A DNA stretch of 64,000 bases from Macrostomum lignano (GCA_002269645.1 NIVC01001330.1:62001-126000), one strand, 5' to 3'. Positions 1 through 13,100 are shown, numbered from the stretch's first letter. The notes: generated from the letters alone by a model not told the origin. A program made the numbers and translations.

Positions 1-430
1 CTACAGTCCTCAGTCTGAACCCTACAGTCCTCTTACAGCCAGTCTTACAGTCCCTCTTAATTGTGTGCGTGATTTGCAAATTTGCTATCGGGTTTATCCC
101 AACCCCCGCAGGCGCTCACGCACGATGCATGCCTCATTTCCCCTTGGGGAAGATTCTGTGCGCAATATAATTTCCCTGCGCATTTTGTTGTTTTTTTAAA
201 GGAAATTTTGTCCTCCGATCCTGACTTGATCCTCTTTTTTTCCGCAATTATTCTGCTTTTACACTGTCTGCGTAATTTAAAGAATTGCTTTTTCAATTCT
301 ATAAAGGGGTTTGACCTGGGTACATGCATTGTTGGTGTGGTAGTACTGCAGCTGCATGTGGTCTGATGTAGTACTGCCTCTGAATCATGAGTGCAGTGCT
401 TGTAGATGTCTGGGTTACACCAGTCTCTTA

Positions 431-643
431 ATTACAGGTGTGTCTGAATTACAGGTGTGTCTGCATTACAGGTGTGTCTGCATTACAGGTGTGTCTGCAT
501 TACAGGTGTGTCTGCATTACAGGTGTGTCTGAATTACAGGTGTGTCTGAATTACAGGTGTGTCTGAATTACAGGTGTGTCTGAATTACAGGTGTGTCTGC
601 ATTACAGGTGTGTCTGCATTACAGGTGTGTCTGCATTACAGGT
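431..643. repeat. 17-bp minisatellite ATTACAGGTGTGTCTG(A/C)
   Basis: About 12 tandem copies. Confidence 0.9.
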
Positions 644-703
644 TTGCAACTCCGAACTCTCCCCAACAAATAAATACAAAGAACAGAAAATCACCCCGCT
701 CAG

Positions 704-1264
704 GTGTTCCTGGACTGCGTCCCATTCTCCCTGGCGATCCGCATCTGGGATGTGTTCATGGCGATCGGAGAGCCGGCTGTAGTCGGCATGGCATTCAACC
801 TGATGCGCCTGCACTCTCGCCGGATTCTGCGACTCCGCTCCGATGAAGACCTGCTGCACTACTTTGGCCAGGTGCTGCCCTCGGATTACAGCTTCAGCGA
901 GGATGAAGTGCTGGACGGCCTGCGGGACTGTCTGGCTGACATGCGGGCCGCCTCCCTGCTGCCCGGGCTGTCCAGAGAGGCCGAGTTGCCCAGGACTCCG
1001 TTCTCATTTGAGCCGGGACACCGGCTTGACGACTCAGTGGTTGAGCAGCGTCGGGCATCTCAGAATAATGTTGAGTCAATGATGAGGCGATCTCTGCAGC
1101 GGAGACTAAGCCCGTCAGCTGCTTCCGCGGCTTCCGCCAATGGCGGTAATGATTTGGTAGTCTCGACGGGTAGCAACGGGGTAGCAACCGGTGATCAGAG
1201 CGAAACTGCCAGCGCCCAGCAACCGGTTGCTACAGACTCAACTGTGGTTGTCACGGCATTCTGA
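704..1264 (+). CDS. USP6NL: Terminal exon of TBC-domain RabGAP (USP6NL/RN-tre-like)
   Basis: Acceptor ctcag|GTG at 703/704. Translation FLDCVPFSLAIRIWDVFMAIGEPAVVGMAFNLMRLH...ELPRTPF matches the C-terminal part of the RN-tre TBC domain as I recall it (FLDRTPFTLNLRIWDIY..GERVLTAM.YTILKLH). Stop at 1262-1264; AATAAA near 2095. Upstream exons were not identified in this window. Confidence 0.8.
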   Translation: MFLDCVPFSLAIRIWDVFMAIGEPAVVGMAFNLMRLHSRRILRLRSDEDLLHYFGQVLPSDYSFSEDEVLDGLRDCLADMRAASLLPGLSREAELPRTPFSFEPGHRLDDSVVEQRRASQNNVESMMRRSLQRRLSPSAASAASANGGNDLVVSTGSNGVATGDQSETASAQQPVATDSTVVVTAF

Positions 1265-1534
1265 TTGATTCAATCGTTCAAATCCATCGAGTGTTCGCCT
1301 TTCTTTGAGGAATCTCCTGCATCTCGATCCCTGAAGTCTATATTTGAGCAACCACTGTTTTTGCTTGCTTGCCTGTCTTTCCTACTTCCAGTCTTGGGTT
1401 TTCCGGATGCTCCATCTGTGCTAGTGAATCCTTTCCCGCTGAGTTTTGCTTATGTAGTTATTTATTTATGTGCTGGGAATTGATTATTGACTATAATTAT
1501 GGGCTGCGATTGGAGGCCTATCTGGATCGATTTA

Positions 1535-2070
1535 TTGATTGGTTGGTTGATTGATTGATTGATTGCTTTATCGATCGATCCATTGATCGATTGATTGATT
1601 TATCGATCGATCCATTGACTGATTTATTGATTTATTGGTGGATCCATTAATTGGTTTATCGATCAATACATTGATTGATTGACCGATTTATCGATTGATC
1701 CGTTGATTGATTGATTAATTTATCGATCCATTGATTGATTGATTGGTTTATCGATCAATACATTGATTGATTGATTTATTTATCGATCGATTCATTGATT
1801 GATTGATTGCTTTATCGATCGATCCATTGATTGATTGATTGGTTTATCGATCGATCCATTGATTGATTGATTGGTTTATCGATTGATCTATTGACTGATT
1901 TATTGATTTATTGGTGGATCCATTGATTGGTTTATTGATCAATACATTGATTGATTGATTGATTTATCGATTGATCCGTTGATTGATTGATTAATTTATC
2001 GATCCATTGATTAATTGATTGTTTTATCGATCGATACATTGATTGATTGATGCTTATCGATTGATTAATT
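1535..2070. repeat. Degenerate (ATTG/ATCG)n low-complexity repeat
   Basis: Direct inspection; downstream of the TBC gene stop codon. Confidence 0.8.
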
Positions 2071-2727
2071 GATCAAACAAGGATTGATGTAATAATAAAA
2101 TGATTAGCTGTTATTCAATAGCTATTTTCATTGATCTTTTTACCTGGCTATTGATTCAGTAAGCGCTTAATCCAGAAATTGAATAATTGACTAACTGACT
2201 AATCAATTTGCAGGCACTCTAAGCCGGTGTTTAAATTTTTTTTTCAAAATGAATGCGCAATGGGTACACCCAGATTTTCCGGTTCACTGCTGCACCTGTA
2301 CATTTCATGTTTATTTATTGCTATATAGTTTGTCTACTACTTTGAGTAGGAGGTAAGCTACTCGATCGTTAGCAACCGTGTTTTAATGATTCTCTATGAT
2401 TCTATCTAACTTTAAATTTTCTACTTACTTTTTTTGGCACATTCGATATTTTTTTCTTTCTTTATTGAAAATAATTTTTTACCTGCTAAAACTTTAGCAA
2501 TGATGGATTCCTGTAAATGCTGTATATGTGGAATCATACTGTCATTCAGGCTGATTGTCTGTCGGGTTGCTAGGCATGACACTATACATTATGATTTATA
2601 TTCTATCCAAATCAACTAGTGTGAGTCATTTCCTACTAATGGCTTTGCTAAATTTTTTCTGCTTATAAATTTTAATTTGCTTCTTTTAGTTGCCTTGGGA
2701 ATTCCGTAGCCTTTTGCTTTTACATTA

Positions 2728-3050
2728 TCAGTCCCATCTCATCAGCCCCACCCCATCAGTCCCATCTTATCAGTCCCACCCAATCAGTCCCATCTTATCA
2801 GTCCCACCCCATCAGTCCCATCTTATCAGTCCCACCCAATCAGTCCCATCTTATCAGTCCCACCCCATCAGTCCCATCTTATCAGTCCCATCTTATCAGT
2901 CCCACCCCATCAGTCCCATCTTATCAGTCCCATCTTATCAGTCCCACCCCATCGTTCCCACCCCATAAGTCCCACCCTTTCAGTCCTATCTTATCAGTCC
3001 CACCCCATGAGTCCCATCCCATCAATCCCATCCCATTAATACCATCCCAT
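2728..3050. repeat. 14-bp minisatellite ATCAGTCCCACCCC/ATCAGTCCCATCTT
   Basis: Two variants, largely alternating. Confidence 0.85.
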
Positions 3051-3699
3051 CTAAGTTTCCTTACCTTACTGACCCAGCAATCACTGATAACTTTAATCAA
3101 TAAACTTAAATTGTGATAAATACAGTTTATTTCTATTTAACAACGTGCAATAAAATATATGATATCTAAATATTTATATTTGGTTCATGTTTATAACCAA
3201 CGAAAATGTGGAGTGTACACTTTAATTGCTTAAAATTTAAATAATCTGGTCGATTAGTTTCAGCAGTTATTTAGTATGTGTATAGTATTATATGCATATA
3301 TAATTGCGGCAATTACTAATCTGAATCAGAGTTTGTACCTGTATGTACATAAACAAATATTGTGCATGCATAATTACTATGAAAACATATTAGTACAATA
3401 CCTAAAATATTTTCTCAGTTTTATTTAACAAAAAGTTCAATAATTTAATTACTCTGTGTTGCTGCACTGCAATCCTGCTACATGTATATTTCTCTGGTAA
3501 TATGAGTGACTTATAATATATAATTGTTAAAGAAATATGTTCTGTCAATTTTCATGCTGGCTTTTTTATTAAGCAATTTTACATGTCAATTTTTTTGCTT
3601 GCCTTCTTTGTGGGTTTAGTTTAATTTTAGTTTCTGTTAACTAAAAGAAAGTCACTTTTTATCTATTTATAATTCACAAATAAAATTCAAAATCCATAA

Positions 3700-4000
3700 C
3701 TTTCTTAATCCATAAATTCCAGAATCCATCAATTTCATATTCCATCAATTTCATAATCAATAAATTTCATATTCGATCAAATTTCATAATCCACAATTTC
3801 ATAAATTTCATAATCTATAAATTTCATAATCCATCAATTTCATAATCCATCAATTTCATAATCCATCAATTTCATATTCGATCAATTTCATAATCCACAA
3901 TTTCATAAATTTCATAATCCATAAATTTCATAATCCATCAATTTTCTACTTCATAAATTTCATAATCTATAAATTTCATAATCCATAAATTTCATAATCC
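3700..4000. repeat. ~16-bp AT-rich minisatellite CCATCAATTTCATAAT
   Basis: Degenerate tandem copies. Confidence 0.8.
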
Positions 4001-4126
4001 ATTGAGTTCACTATCTGTAAATGTTCTATCATACTGCGGATTAAATATTCAAAATTTTGTAATATATTTCAGTGTCCAAATTCTGTTCCAACTAATTGTA
4101 TTGGCACTAAAAGCAGAAATAAAGCA

Positions 4127-7100
4127 ATGACAAAAGAAGATGCTGCAGAAGAGGACGAAGGTGTGGAACTCTCGCTGGGAGGCGAAGTGGTCCTGACGGA
4201 GGCTCACGCAGCATCTCTGGCACCGATGAGTCTGCAGGAGGCGGGCATTCAGCTCACAGATTTGAAGTACCGCGGTGAAGGCAACTTCACCTTGGTGGCC
4301 GCCTATGAGAAGGTGAGGTGGGGGCCTCTGGGCGGCATCACAATTGCAGTGTGTTATTGAGGAGGGTAGCGGGCATCAATGGGGGTAGCGACATTAGGGT
4401 GGGGGTAGCTGCATCAGGGAGGGGGTAGCTGCATCAGGGGTGGGGGTAGCTGCATCAGGGAGGGGGTAGCTGCATCAGGGAGAGGGTAGCTGCATCAGGG
4501 AGAGGGTAGCTGCATCAGGGAGCGGGTAGCTGCTTCAGGGAGGGGGTAGCTGCATCAGGGAGAGGGTAGCGACATCAGGGAGAAGGTAGCTGCATCAGGG
4601 AGGGGGTAGCTGCATCAGGGAAGGGGTTGCTGCATCAGGGAGAGGGTATCTGCATCAGGGAGAGGGTAGCTGCATCAGGGAGGGGGTAGCTGCATCAGGG
4701 AAGGGGTTGCTGCATCAGGGAGAGGGTATCTGCATCAGGGAGAGGGTAGCTGCATCAGGGAGGGGGTAGCTGCATCAGGGAGGGGGTAGCTGCGTCAGGG
4801 AGGGGGTAGCTGCGTCAGGGAGGGGGTAGCTGCATCAGGGAGAGGGTAGCTGCATCAGGGAGGGGTTAGCTGCATCAGGGAGAGGGTAGCTGCATCAGGG
4901 AGAAGGTAGCTGCATCAGGGAGAGGGTAGCTGCATCAGGGAGGGGGTAGCTGCATCAGGGAGAGGGTAGCTGCATCAGGGAGAAGGTAGCTGCATCAGGG
5001 AGGGGGTAGCTGCATCAGGGAGGGGGTAGCTGCATCAGGGAGAGGGTAGCGACATCAGGGAGAAGGTAGCTGCATCAGGGAGGGGGTAGCTGCATCAGGG
5101 AGGGGGTAGCTGCGTCAGGGAGGGGGTAGCTGCGTCAGGGAGGGGGTAGCTGCATCAGGGAGAGGGTAGCTGCATCAGGGAGGGGTTAGCTGCATCAGGG
5201 AGAGGGTAGCTGCATCAGGGAGAAGGTAGCTGCATCAGGGAGAGGGTAGCTGCATCAGGGAGGGGGTAGCTGCATCAGGGAGAGGGTAGCTGCATCAGGG
5301 AGAAGGTAGCTGCATCAGGGAGGGGGTAGCTGCATCAGGGAGGGGGTAGCTGCATCAGGGAGAGGGTAGCGACATCAGGGAGAAGGTAGCTGCATCAGGG
5401 AGGGGGTAGCTGCATCAGGGAGGGGGTAGCTGCGTCAGGGAGGGGGTAGCTGCATCAGGGGAGAGGGTAGCTGCATCAGGGAGAGGGTAGCTGCATCAGG
5501 GAGGGGGTAGCTGCATCAGGGAGAGGGTAGCTGCATCAGGGAGAGGGTAGCTGCATCAGGGAGAAGGTAGCTGCATCAGGGAGAGGGTAGCTGCATCAGG
5601 GAGGGGGTAGCTGCATCAGGGAGAGGGTAGCTGCATCAGGGAGAAGGTAGCTGCATCAGGGAGGGGGTAGCTGCATCAGGGAGGGGGTAGCTGCATCAGG
5701 GAGAGGGTAGCGACATCAGGGAGAAGGTAGCTGCATCAGGGAGGGGGTAGCTGCATCAGGGAGAGGGTATCTGCATCAGGGAGAGGGTAGCTGCATCAGG
5801 GAGAGGGTAGCTGCATCAGGGAGGGGGTAGCTGCATCAGGGAGAGGGTAGCTGCATCAGGGAGGGGGTAGCTGCATCAGGGAGGTGGTAGCTACATCAGG
5901 GAGAGGGTAGCGACATCCGTTCGGAGGGGTTTAAACAGGAGGTCTAAGAACTGAACTCAATTCACAAAGATCACGATGACCTAATGTTGTTTTTCAGAAG
6001 CGTCAAGTGCTCAGATTTCGCAAAGTCAAGGAGCCCTACGAGAAAGTGTCAACAAAGAAGGTATGCATTTTGATATATTTAGTAGTTAATAATTTAGAAT
6101 CGACTTTTTTTGAAATATTGTTATCTAGATGTTGTTTGTTTGTTTATTTTAAAATTATCCTAATTTGTTAATAAACGATTAAGTTCCGATGGAGCGCTTA
6201 TTCCAGACCCACACACCCGGAACATTGTGCCAATTTTTTTTAGCCAAAGTTATCGGCCTCACTAGCCCGTCAGGCTATGCGTTTGTTGCCTTTGCAATTT
6301 CTGCAACAGCTGTTGCTGCTTCTGCCTCTGCGTCTTCTGTTTTACCTGGCGCGTCAGGTTCTGCCGTCCTCCGCTGCTTCCGGTGCCCAGTCTGAGGGAA
6401 ATCCCTCTGTGCAGACTCTGCTGCATCGGGGGCAATTGAAACTAATGCAGTGTAGTTTTGTGCCTGCAATTTCAGCGGGATGGGTATGGTGATGGGGCTC
6501 GGCTCTCTCTGTTTTTTTTATCAGGCATTCTGTGCCATTGTGTTTGACTTTGTTCAAGTCTGGCTCAGCTTTTATCCCAATTTTTTGTGAAATTCTTTGC
6601 ACTGAATCTATCAAGAGATAGATATGAGTAGGGTGAGATAGATATGAGTAAGGTGAGATAGATATGAGTAGGGTAAGATAGATATGAGTAGGGTAAGATA
6701 GATATGAGTAGGGTGAGATAGATATAAGTAGGGTGAGATAGATATGAGTAGTGTGAGATAGATATAAGTAGGGTGAGATAGATATGAGTAGGGTGAGATA
6801 GATATAAGTAGGGTGAGATAGATATGAGTAGGGTGAGATAGATATGAGTAGGGTGAGATAGATATAAGTAGGGTGAGATAGATATGAGTAGTGTAAGATA
6901 GATATAAGTAGAGTGAGATAGATATGAGTAGGGTGAGATAGATATGAGTAGGGTGAGATAGATATGAGTAGGTTGAGATAGATATGAGTAGGGTGAGATA
7001 GATATGAGTAGGGTGAGATAGATATGAGTAGGTTAAGATAGGTATGAGTAGGTTAAGATAGGTATGAGTGGGGTGAGATAGATATGAGTAGGGTGAGATA

Positions 7101-10100
7101 GATATGAGTAGGGTGAGATAGATATGAGTAGGGTGAGATAGATATGAGTAGTGTAACATAGATATAAGTAGAGTGAGATAGATATGAGTAGGGTGAGATA
7201 GATATCTTTAGGTTGAGATAGATATGAGTAGGTTGAGATAGATATGAGTAGGGTGAGATAGATATGAGTAGGGTGAGATAGATATCTTTAGGGTGAGATA
7301 GATATGAGTAGGGTAAATATTCGAGTATATTGAGATGGATAATAATGATAATTTGACGTGAACCACTCGCAAGTAAGTAATAAAGGTCAACAGAACTTAA
7401 TCCGGTCTTTCGGCCACCAGAAACAGGCATGCCATTCTGTCCATATTGATTGATGCAGAATGTTGATACTTTTATATTTCTTACCATCGATTGCCAAGAA
7501 AATCTTGCCCTATAATATAAAATCCTAAACCTCGTATAGTCAATTTTTATCTTTTAAATTCATATTTAGTATTAACCTGCATTTCTAGTTTCCATAGTAA
7601 CATATTTTATTACTTGTTTAACATTCCAGACGAAACTGTGCCACTCCTGCCACTTGGGAGTCTGCGAGTCGACAGACTGCTCAAACTCGACCATCTCAGC
7701 AGCTGAGCCGGCTGATGCTGCAGCCCCTTCGCTCCAGTCTGGCAGCTGCGACTGCCCCATAGCGGCTCCTCACTGCTGCAGGTGCTACCACTCGCGCCTC
7801 ATCAGCATCAAGAAGCTGCAGACACGCAAATTGAAGAAACCGCCTAAATCATTGAATTTGACCTATTTGTACATTGAGACTGTGATGAAGCACTTGCTTG
7901 GAGTTCGGTTTATACCGCCTATTGTGAGTGCCACTGACAACTGTTGCAGTCTTTGTAGCTTAGAGTGCAGTCTTTGTAGCTTAGAGTGCAGTCTTTGTAG
8001 CTTAGAGTGCAGTCTTTGTAGCTTAGAGTGCAGTCTTTGTAGCTTAGAGTGCAGTCTTTGTAGCTTAGAGTGCAGTCTTTGTAGCTTAGAGTGCAGTCAG
8101 TCACCACAGAACCGGTCTTTGTAGCTTAGAGTGCAGTCAGTCATCACAGAACCGGTCTTTGTAGCTTAGAGTGCAGTCAGTCATCACAGAACCGGTCTTT
8201 GTAGCTTAGAGTGCAGTCAGTCATCACAGAACCGGTCTTTGTAGCTTAGAGTGCAGTCAGTCATCACAGAACTGGTCTTTGTAGTTTAGAGTGCAGTCAG
8301 TCATCACAGAACCGGTCTTTGTAGCTTAGAGTGCAGTCAGTCATCACAGAACCGGTCTTTGTAGCTTAGAGTGCAGTCAGTCATCACAGAACCGGTCTTT
8401 GTAGCTTAGAGTGCAGTCAGTCATCACAGAACTGGTCTTTGTAGTTTAGAGTGCAGTCAGTCACCACAGAACCGGTCTTTGTAGCTTAGAGTGCAGTCAG
8501 TCATCACAGAACCGGTCTTTGTAGCTTAGAGTGCAGTCAGTCATCACAGAACCGGTCTTTGTAGCTTAGAGTGCAGTCAGTCATCACAGAACCGGTCTTT
8601 GTAGCTTAGAGTGCAGTCAGTCATCACAGAACCGGTCTTTGTAGCTTAGAGTGCAGTCAGTCATCACAGAACCGGTCTTTGTAGCTTAGAGTGCAGTCAG
8701 TCATCACAGAACCGGTCTTTGTAGCTTAGAGTGCAGTCAGTCATCACAGAACCGGTCTTTGTAGCTTAGAGTGCAGTCAGTCATCACAGAGCCGGTCTTT
8801 GTAGCTTAGAGTGCAGTCAGTCATCACAGAACCGGTCTTTGTAGCTTAGAGTGCAGTCAGTCATCACAGAGCCGGTCTTTGTAGCTTAGAGTGCAGTCAG
8901 TCATCACAGAACCGGTCTTTGTAGCTTAGAGTGCAGTCAGTCATCACAGAACCGGTCTTTGTAGCTTAGAGTGCAGTCAGTCATCACAGAACCGGTCTTT
9001 GTAGCTTAGAGTGCAGTCAGTCATCACAGAACCGGTCTTTGTAGCTTAGAGTGCAGTCAGTCATCACAGAACCGGTCTTTGTAGCTTAGAGTGCAGTCAG
9101 TCATCACAGAACCGGTCTTTGTAGCTTAGAGTGCAGTCAGTCATCACAGAACCGGTCTTTGTAGCTTAGAGTGCAGTCAGTCATCACAGAACCGGTCTTT
9201 GTAGTTTAGAGTGCAGTCAGTCATCACAGAACCGGTCTTTGTAGCTTAGAGTGCAGTCAGTCATCACAGAACCGGTCTTTGTAGCTTAGAGTGCAGTCAG
9301 TCATCACAGAACCGGTCTTTGTAGCTTAGAGTGCAGTCAGTCATCACAGAGCCGGTCTTTGTAGCTTAGAGTGCAGTCAGTCATCACAGAACCGGTCTTT
9401 GTAGTTTAGAGTGCAGTCAGTCATCACAGAACCGGTCTTTGTAGCTTAGAGTGCAGTCAGTCATCACAGAACCGGTCTTTGTAGCTTAGAGTGCAGTCAG
9501 TCATCACAGAACCGGTCTTTGTAGCTTAGAGTGCAGTCAGTCATCCCTATCACACAGCAGGCTAATCCCTAACACCAACAGGAAGTGCTGCACGCGGACA
9601 CTGAGTACTTGACCCAGATCAACACCCTGATGCGCCCCTTCCGTCCCCAAAACCGGCTGGTAAAGGACATCGATGTGCATTATCACGAGGCCATCATCAC
9701 ATCGGATGTGGCTTTCCTGCCTCTCGAACTTGACAAGTTCGTGCTCGAAGGTCGGCCGTCTCTGTGCATAGAACTCAAGGTGAGTTAGTGAATTTGTACT
9801 TTTCCAGTTTCCTTTAGGGGACGAAAGAAGTTAAAAAAATAAAATACGAAAATAGGAACTGTTACATTAGACTCATCAAAAATTGTTAATGACTTATTTA
9901 TTGTATTTATTCGAGCACTTGTTGACATCAAGAGTCCCACTCAGCATCTTAAGTCCTACTCAGCATCTTGAGTTCTACTCAGCATCTTGAGTCCTACTCA
10001 GCATCTTCAGTACTACTCAGCATCTTGAGTTCTACTCAGCATATTGAGTCCTACTCAGCATCTTCAGTCCTACTCAGCATCTTCAGTACTACTCAGCATC

Positions 10101-13100
10101 TTCAGTCCTAGTCAGCTATTGAGTCCTACTCGGCATCTTCAGTCCTACTCAGCATCTTTAGTCCTACTCAGCATCTTCAGTCCTACTCAGCATCTTCAGT
10201 CCTACTCAGCATCTTCAGTACTACTCAGCATCTTCAGTCCTACTCAGCATCTTCAGTACTACTCAGCATATTCAGTCCTACTCAGCATCTTTAGTCCTAC
10301 TCAGCATCTTCAGTCCTACTCAGCATCTTCAGTCCTACTCAGCATATTGAGTCCTACTCAGTCAGCTGTGAGGCGTCACAGCTCATCATGGATGCCAATC
10401 GAGCTGCCGTAGTCCGTAGCAGCGGAGCCGGCGAAGTCCGTCAGTCTCGCCAGCACCTCGTCTTTGCTCAGACCGCCGTCCAGGTTTGAATCGACCGTCT
10501 TCATCAGCCTGTCAGCTTCATCAGCCAGCTCAGCCGCCTCAGCTTCAGCCTCAGCCTCCTTGCTGTGAGCCGGTCCAGCCGAGTCCACATAATCCAGCAT
10601 CTTCTCCATCTCCTCCGCGTCCATATAGCCGTCCTTGTTCACATCCCAGACGTCCTTGAAATTCTTGGCGTCCTCGTCCGGCGCTTTGGGATCGGTTGCG
10701 GCCGGTGCTCCGGCCAGGAACTCGGCCAGAGACACTCGGCCATCGCCGTCCGAGTCCAGCCGCTCCATGGCCTCCAGCGCCAGCACCCGGCGCATTGCGG
10801 GCGAGGCTGCGGCAGCGCCCTCGGCGGCCCCTTCGGCCAGGGCGAACGCCGCAAATTCGCGCCGATTCAACCGGCCGTCGCCGTCCTCGTCGGCGGCTTC
10901 CCAGCGTCGGCGATCGCGGCCGAGTTCCACCGCCAGCCGATGCTGATGCTCCGCCTCGCTGCCGCCGCCGTCAGCTTCCGTTCTTGTTGACTTTGTCGGC
11001 TCCGGTGTCTCAGGAGGTGGCATCTGCGGCACGCCAACATTGATGCCGGCTTTGTCAATCCCAGTCTCCTTGCTAGCCTCATCAATAGCTCGTTTCACCT
11101 CGGCTTGGAACTCCGCCTGCTGCTGTTGCTTGGCTTTTGCCTTTTCCTCTTCCGAGCCGGAAGCGGTTCCAGTGTCCACGCTTGCAGCTCGGCGAGCAGC
11201 GTGACTGTCCCAGTCCAGGAAGCTGTCTGCTCCATCAGTGGTCAGGTTGTAGGCTTGCCAGGTCTCATCCAGCTCTCTAGCAGCCTGCTGTCTGTTGGCT
11301 TCTGCCAGCCATGCAATCAGCTCCTGACGGCTCACCTTCCCGTCTCGATTTGCGTCCAGTTTCTCGTCGAAAAGTTTGTCCAAATTGGACCGGGCCTTGG
11401 CTAGCTGCTCCGGAGTGAAATCCTCGGAGTCTGGAGAGTCTGACTCCGGTGCTGGCTGTCCTGCATCATCTGAGCTGTGTGCTCTGTCTGCTAGCAAAAC
11501 TGCTAGCAATAGCGCCAGGTTGAGAAGCTTCTGTAGCTGCATCATTCTTGCTCTGCTGGTCTGCGTGTGTGCGTGTGTGCAATGTTTTTGTCCAGTCAGT
11601 TTATTTATAGCTTTCCAAAAATTGGCCTACCTACTATTATTGTGCCAATGTGCTCGTTTGAGTCTCGAGGTTTCCTTAGCCCATCTCTCTCTCTTTATTG
11701 TTCCTGTGACCCCACCACCTCAGCCTTGTCTTGTCTCACGATGAGTCAGTCAGTGCAGCTGTCCACCTTTCGCACAATGTGGGGGGGGGGGCATAAAATT
11801 CAAGACAATTTATTTTTAGAAACTTATACTTGGATTATAATTCTTAATAGTAAAATCTGGAATTACTAATAAATGGAATATGAAATAAGTTGAAATATCT
11901 GTTTTTTATGATATCAACTTTTTACGTTAAATCATTAAACTGAAAATATGACATTTTTATAGAAGTAGATTTCTCTTTCGAACACACTTCGAACATTGGC
12001 TGTTTGAGCTTTCCTTGAGTGGACGCTAGTTTAGGAAAAGCCAAGGACTCCTAAAGCTCTCCCTGGACTGGACGCTAGTTTAGGAAAAGCCAAGGACTCC
12101 TAGAGCTCTCCCTGGATTGGACGCTAGTTTAGGAAAAGACAAGGACTCCTAGATCTCTCCCTGGATTGAACGCTAGTTTAGGAAAAGCCAAGGACTCCTA
12201 GAGCTCTCCCTGGACCGGACGCTAGTTTAGGAAAAGTCATGGATTTCTTAAGCTTTCTTTTGACTGGACTGTAGCCTGCGAAAAGCCGAGGACTTTGACT
12301 TTAATTCTAGAGTTCTCGTAGACTGAACGCTAATTTTGAAAATGTCATGGACTCCTAGAGCTCTTCCTGGACTGGATTAATTTTGGGAAAAGTCAAGGCC
12401 TTCCAAGAGCTCTACTGGATGTGGAAGTCTAGATTTTATGGCATTATATATGTCTCGTTTTCAATCCAGACAACTTCAAGGAAGTCCCTGGTCAGTTTCC
12501 GCTCGCTCGTAGTTCAATACACGAATTGCTTCTGAAAGATTTATAAATATTGTCAAAATTGCTTTCACAGGTGAAGCAAGGCTTCATACCCGTGTCAACT
12601 CTGGTGCAGGAGAAAGTCCGCAGAACCTGGTGTCGCTTCTGTCTGATGCAGTTTCATCTGGTTAGTTGAGGGTCTTGTTTTGTTGTAACCAGCACTGTGA
12701 AGAATATCTTGTGTAAATGAGTAATTTAACTTCGGTTTCTTCAAATGTTTCTATTCTAGAAAAAGGGTCGCCAATACGAGACCCGAAGTCAATACTGTCC
12801 ATGCGACCTGTTCTCAGGGTGAGTTTTCTTAATTTGCCATTTGAAATTCTTGATCTCATTTTATTTCAGGCATCGTAATATTAAGCACGTTTGTGTTATT
12901 GTTTTTTTCAGCATTAAAAGTCGCATGGTATCCGCTCTGATGTCGCTGATCCAGACTCCGCAAAACAATTTGCGAGTGTTCAAGGTAGGCAGGATTTGTG
13001 ACTTCTCTATCAGTATTACTGTTTGTTGGGAACAGCCATCGAAGGTGTGCAGCTGTATTTTTTGAAAACCCGCAGGCCTCTCCCAAAAATTGCTCAGTTC

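Noticed and set aside
6189-6614. Possible second nested minus-strand gene in IPPK intron 2 (CPRCSRVC, AEAEAATA frames)
   Set aside because: No recognisable family, no convincing start or upstream exon; three frames are similarly plausible.
7944-9544. CRISPR-like appearance of regular arrays (also 33322-33765 and 58660-59990)
   Set aside because: Units are head-to-tail with no unique spacers, no cas genes, and the context is eukaryotic.
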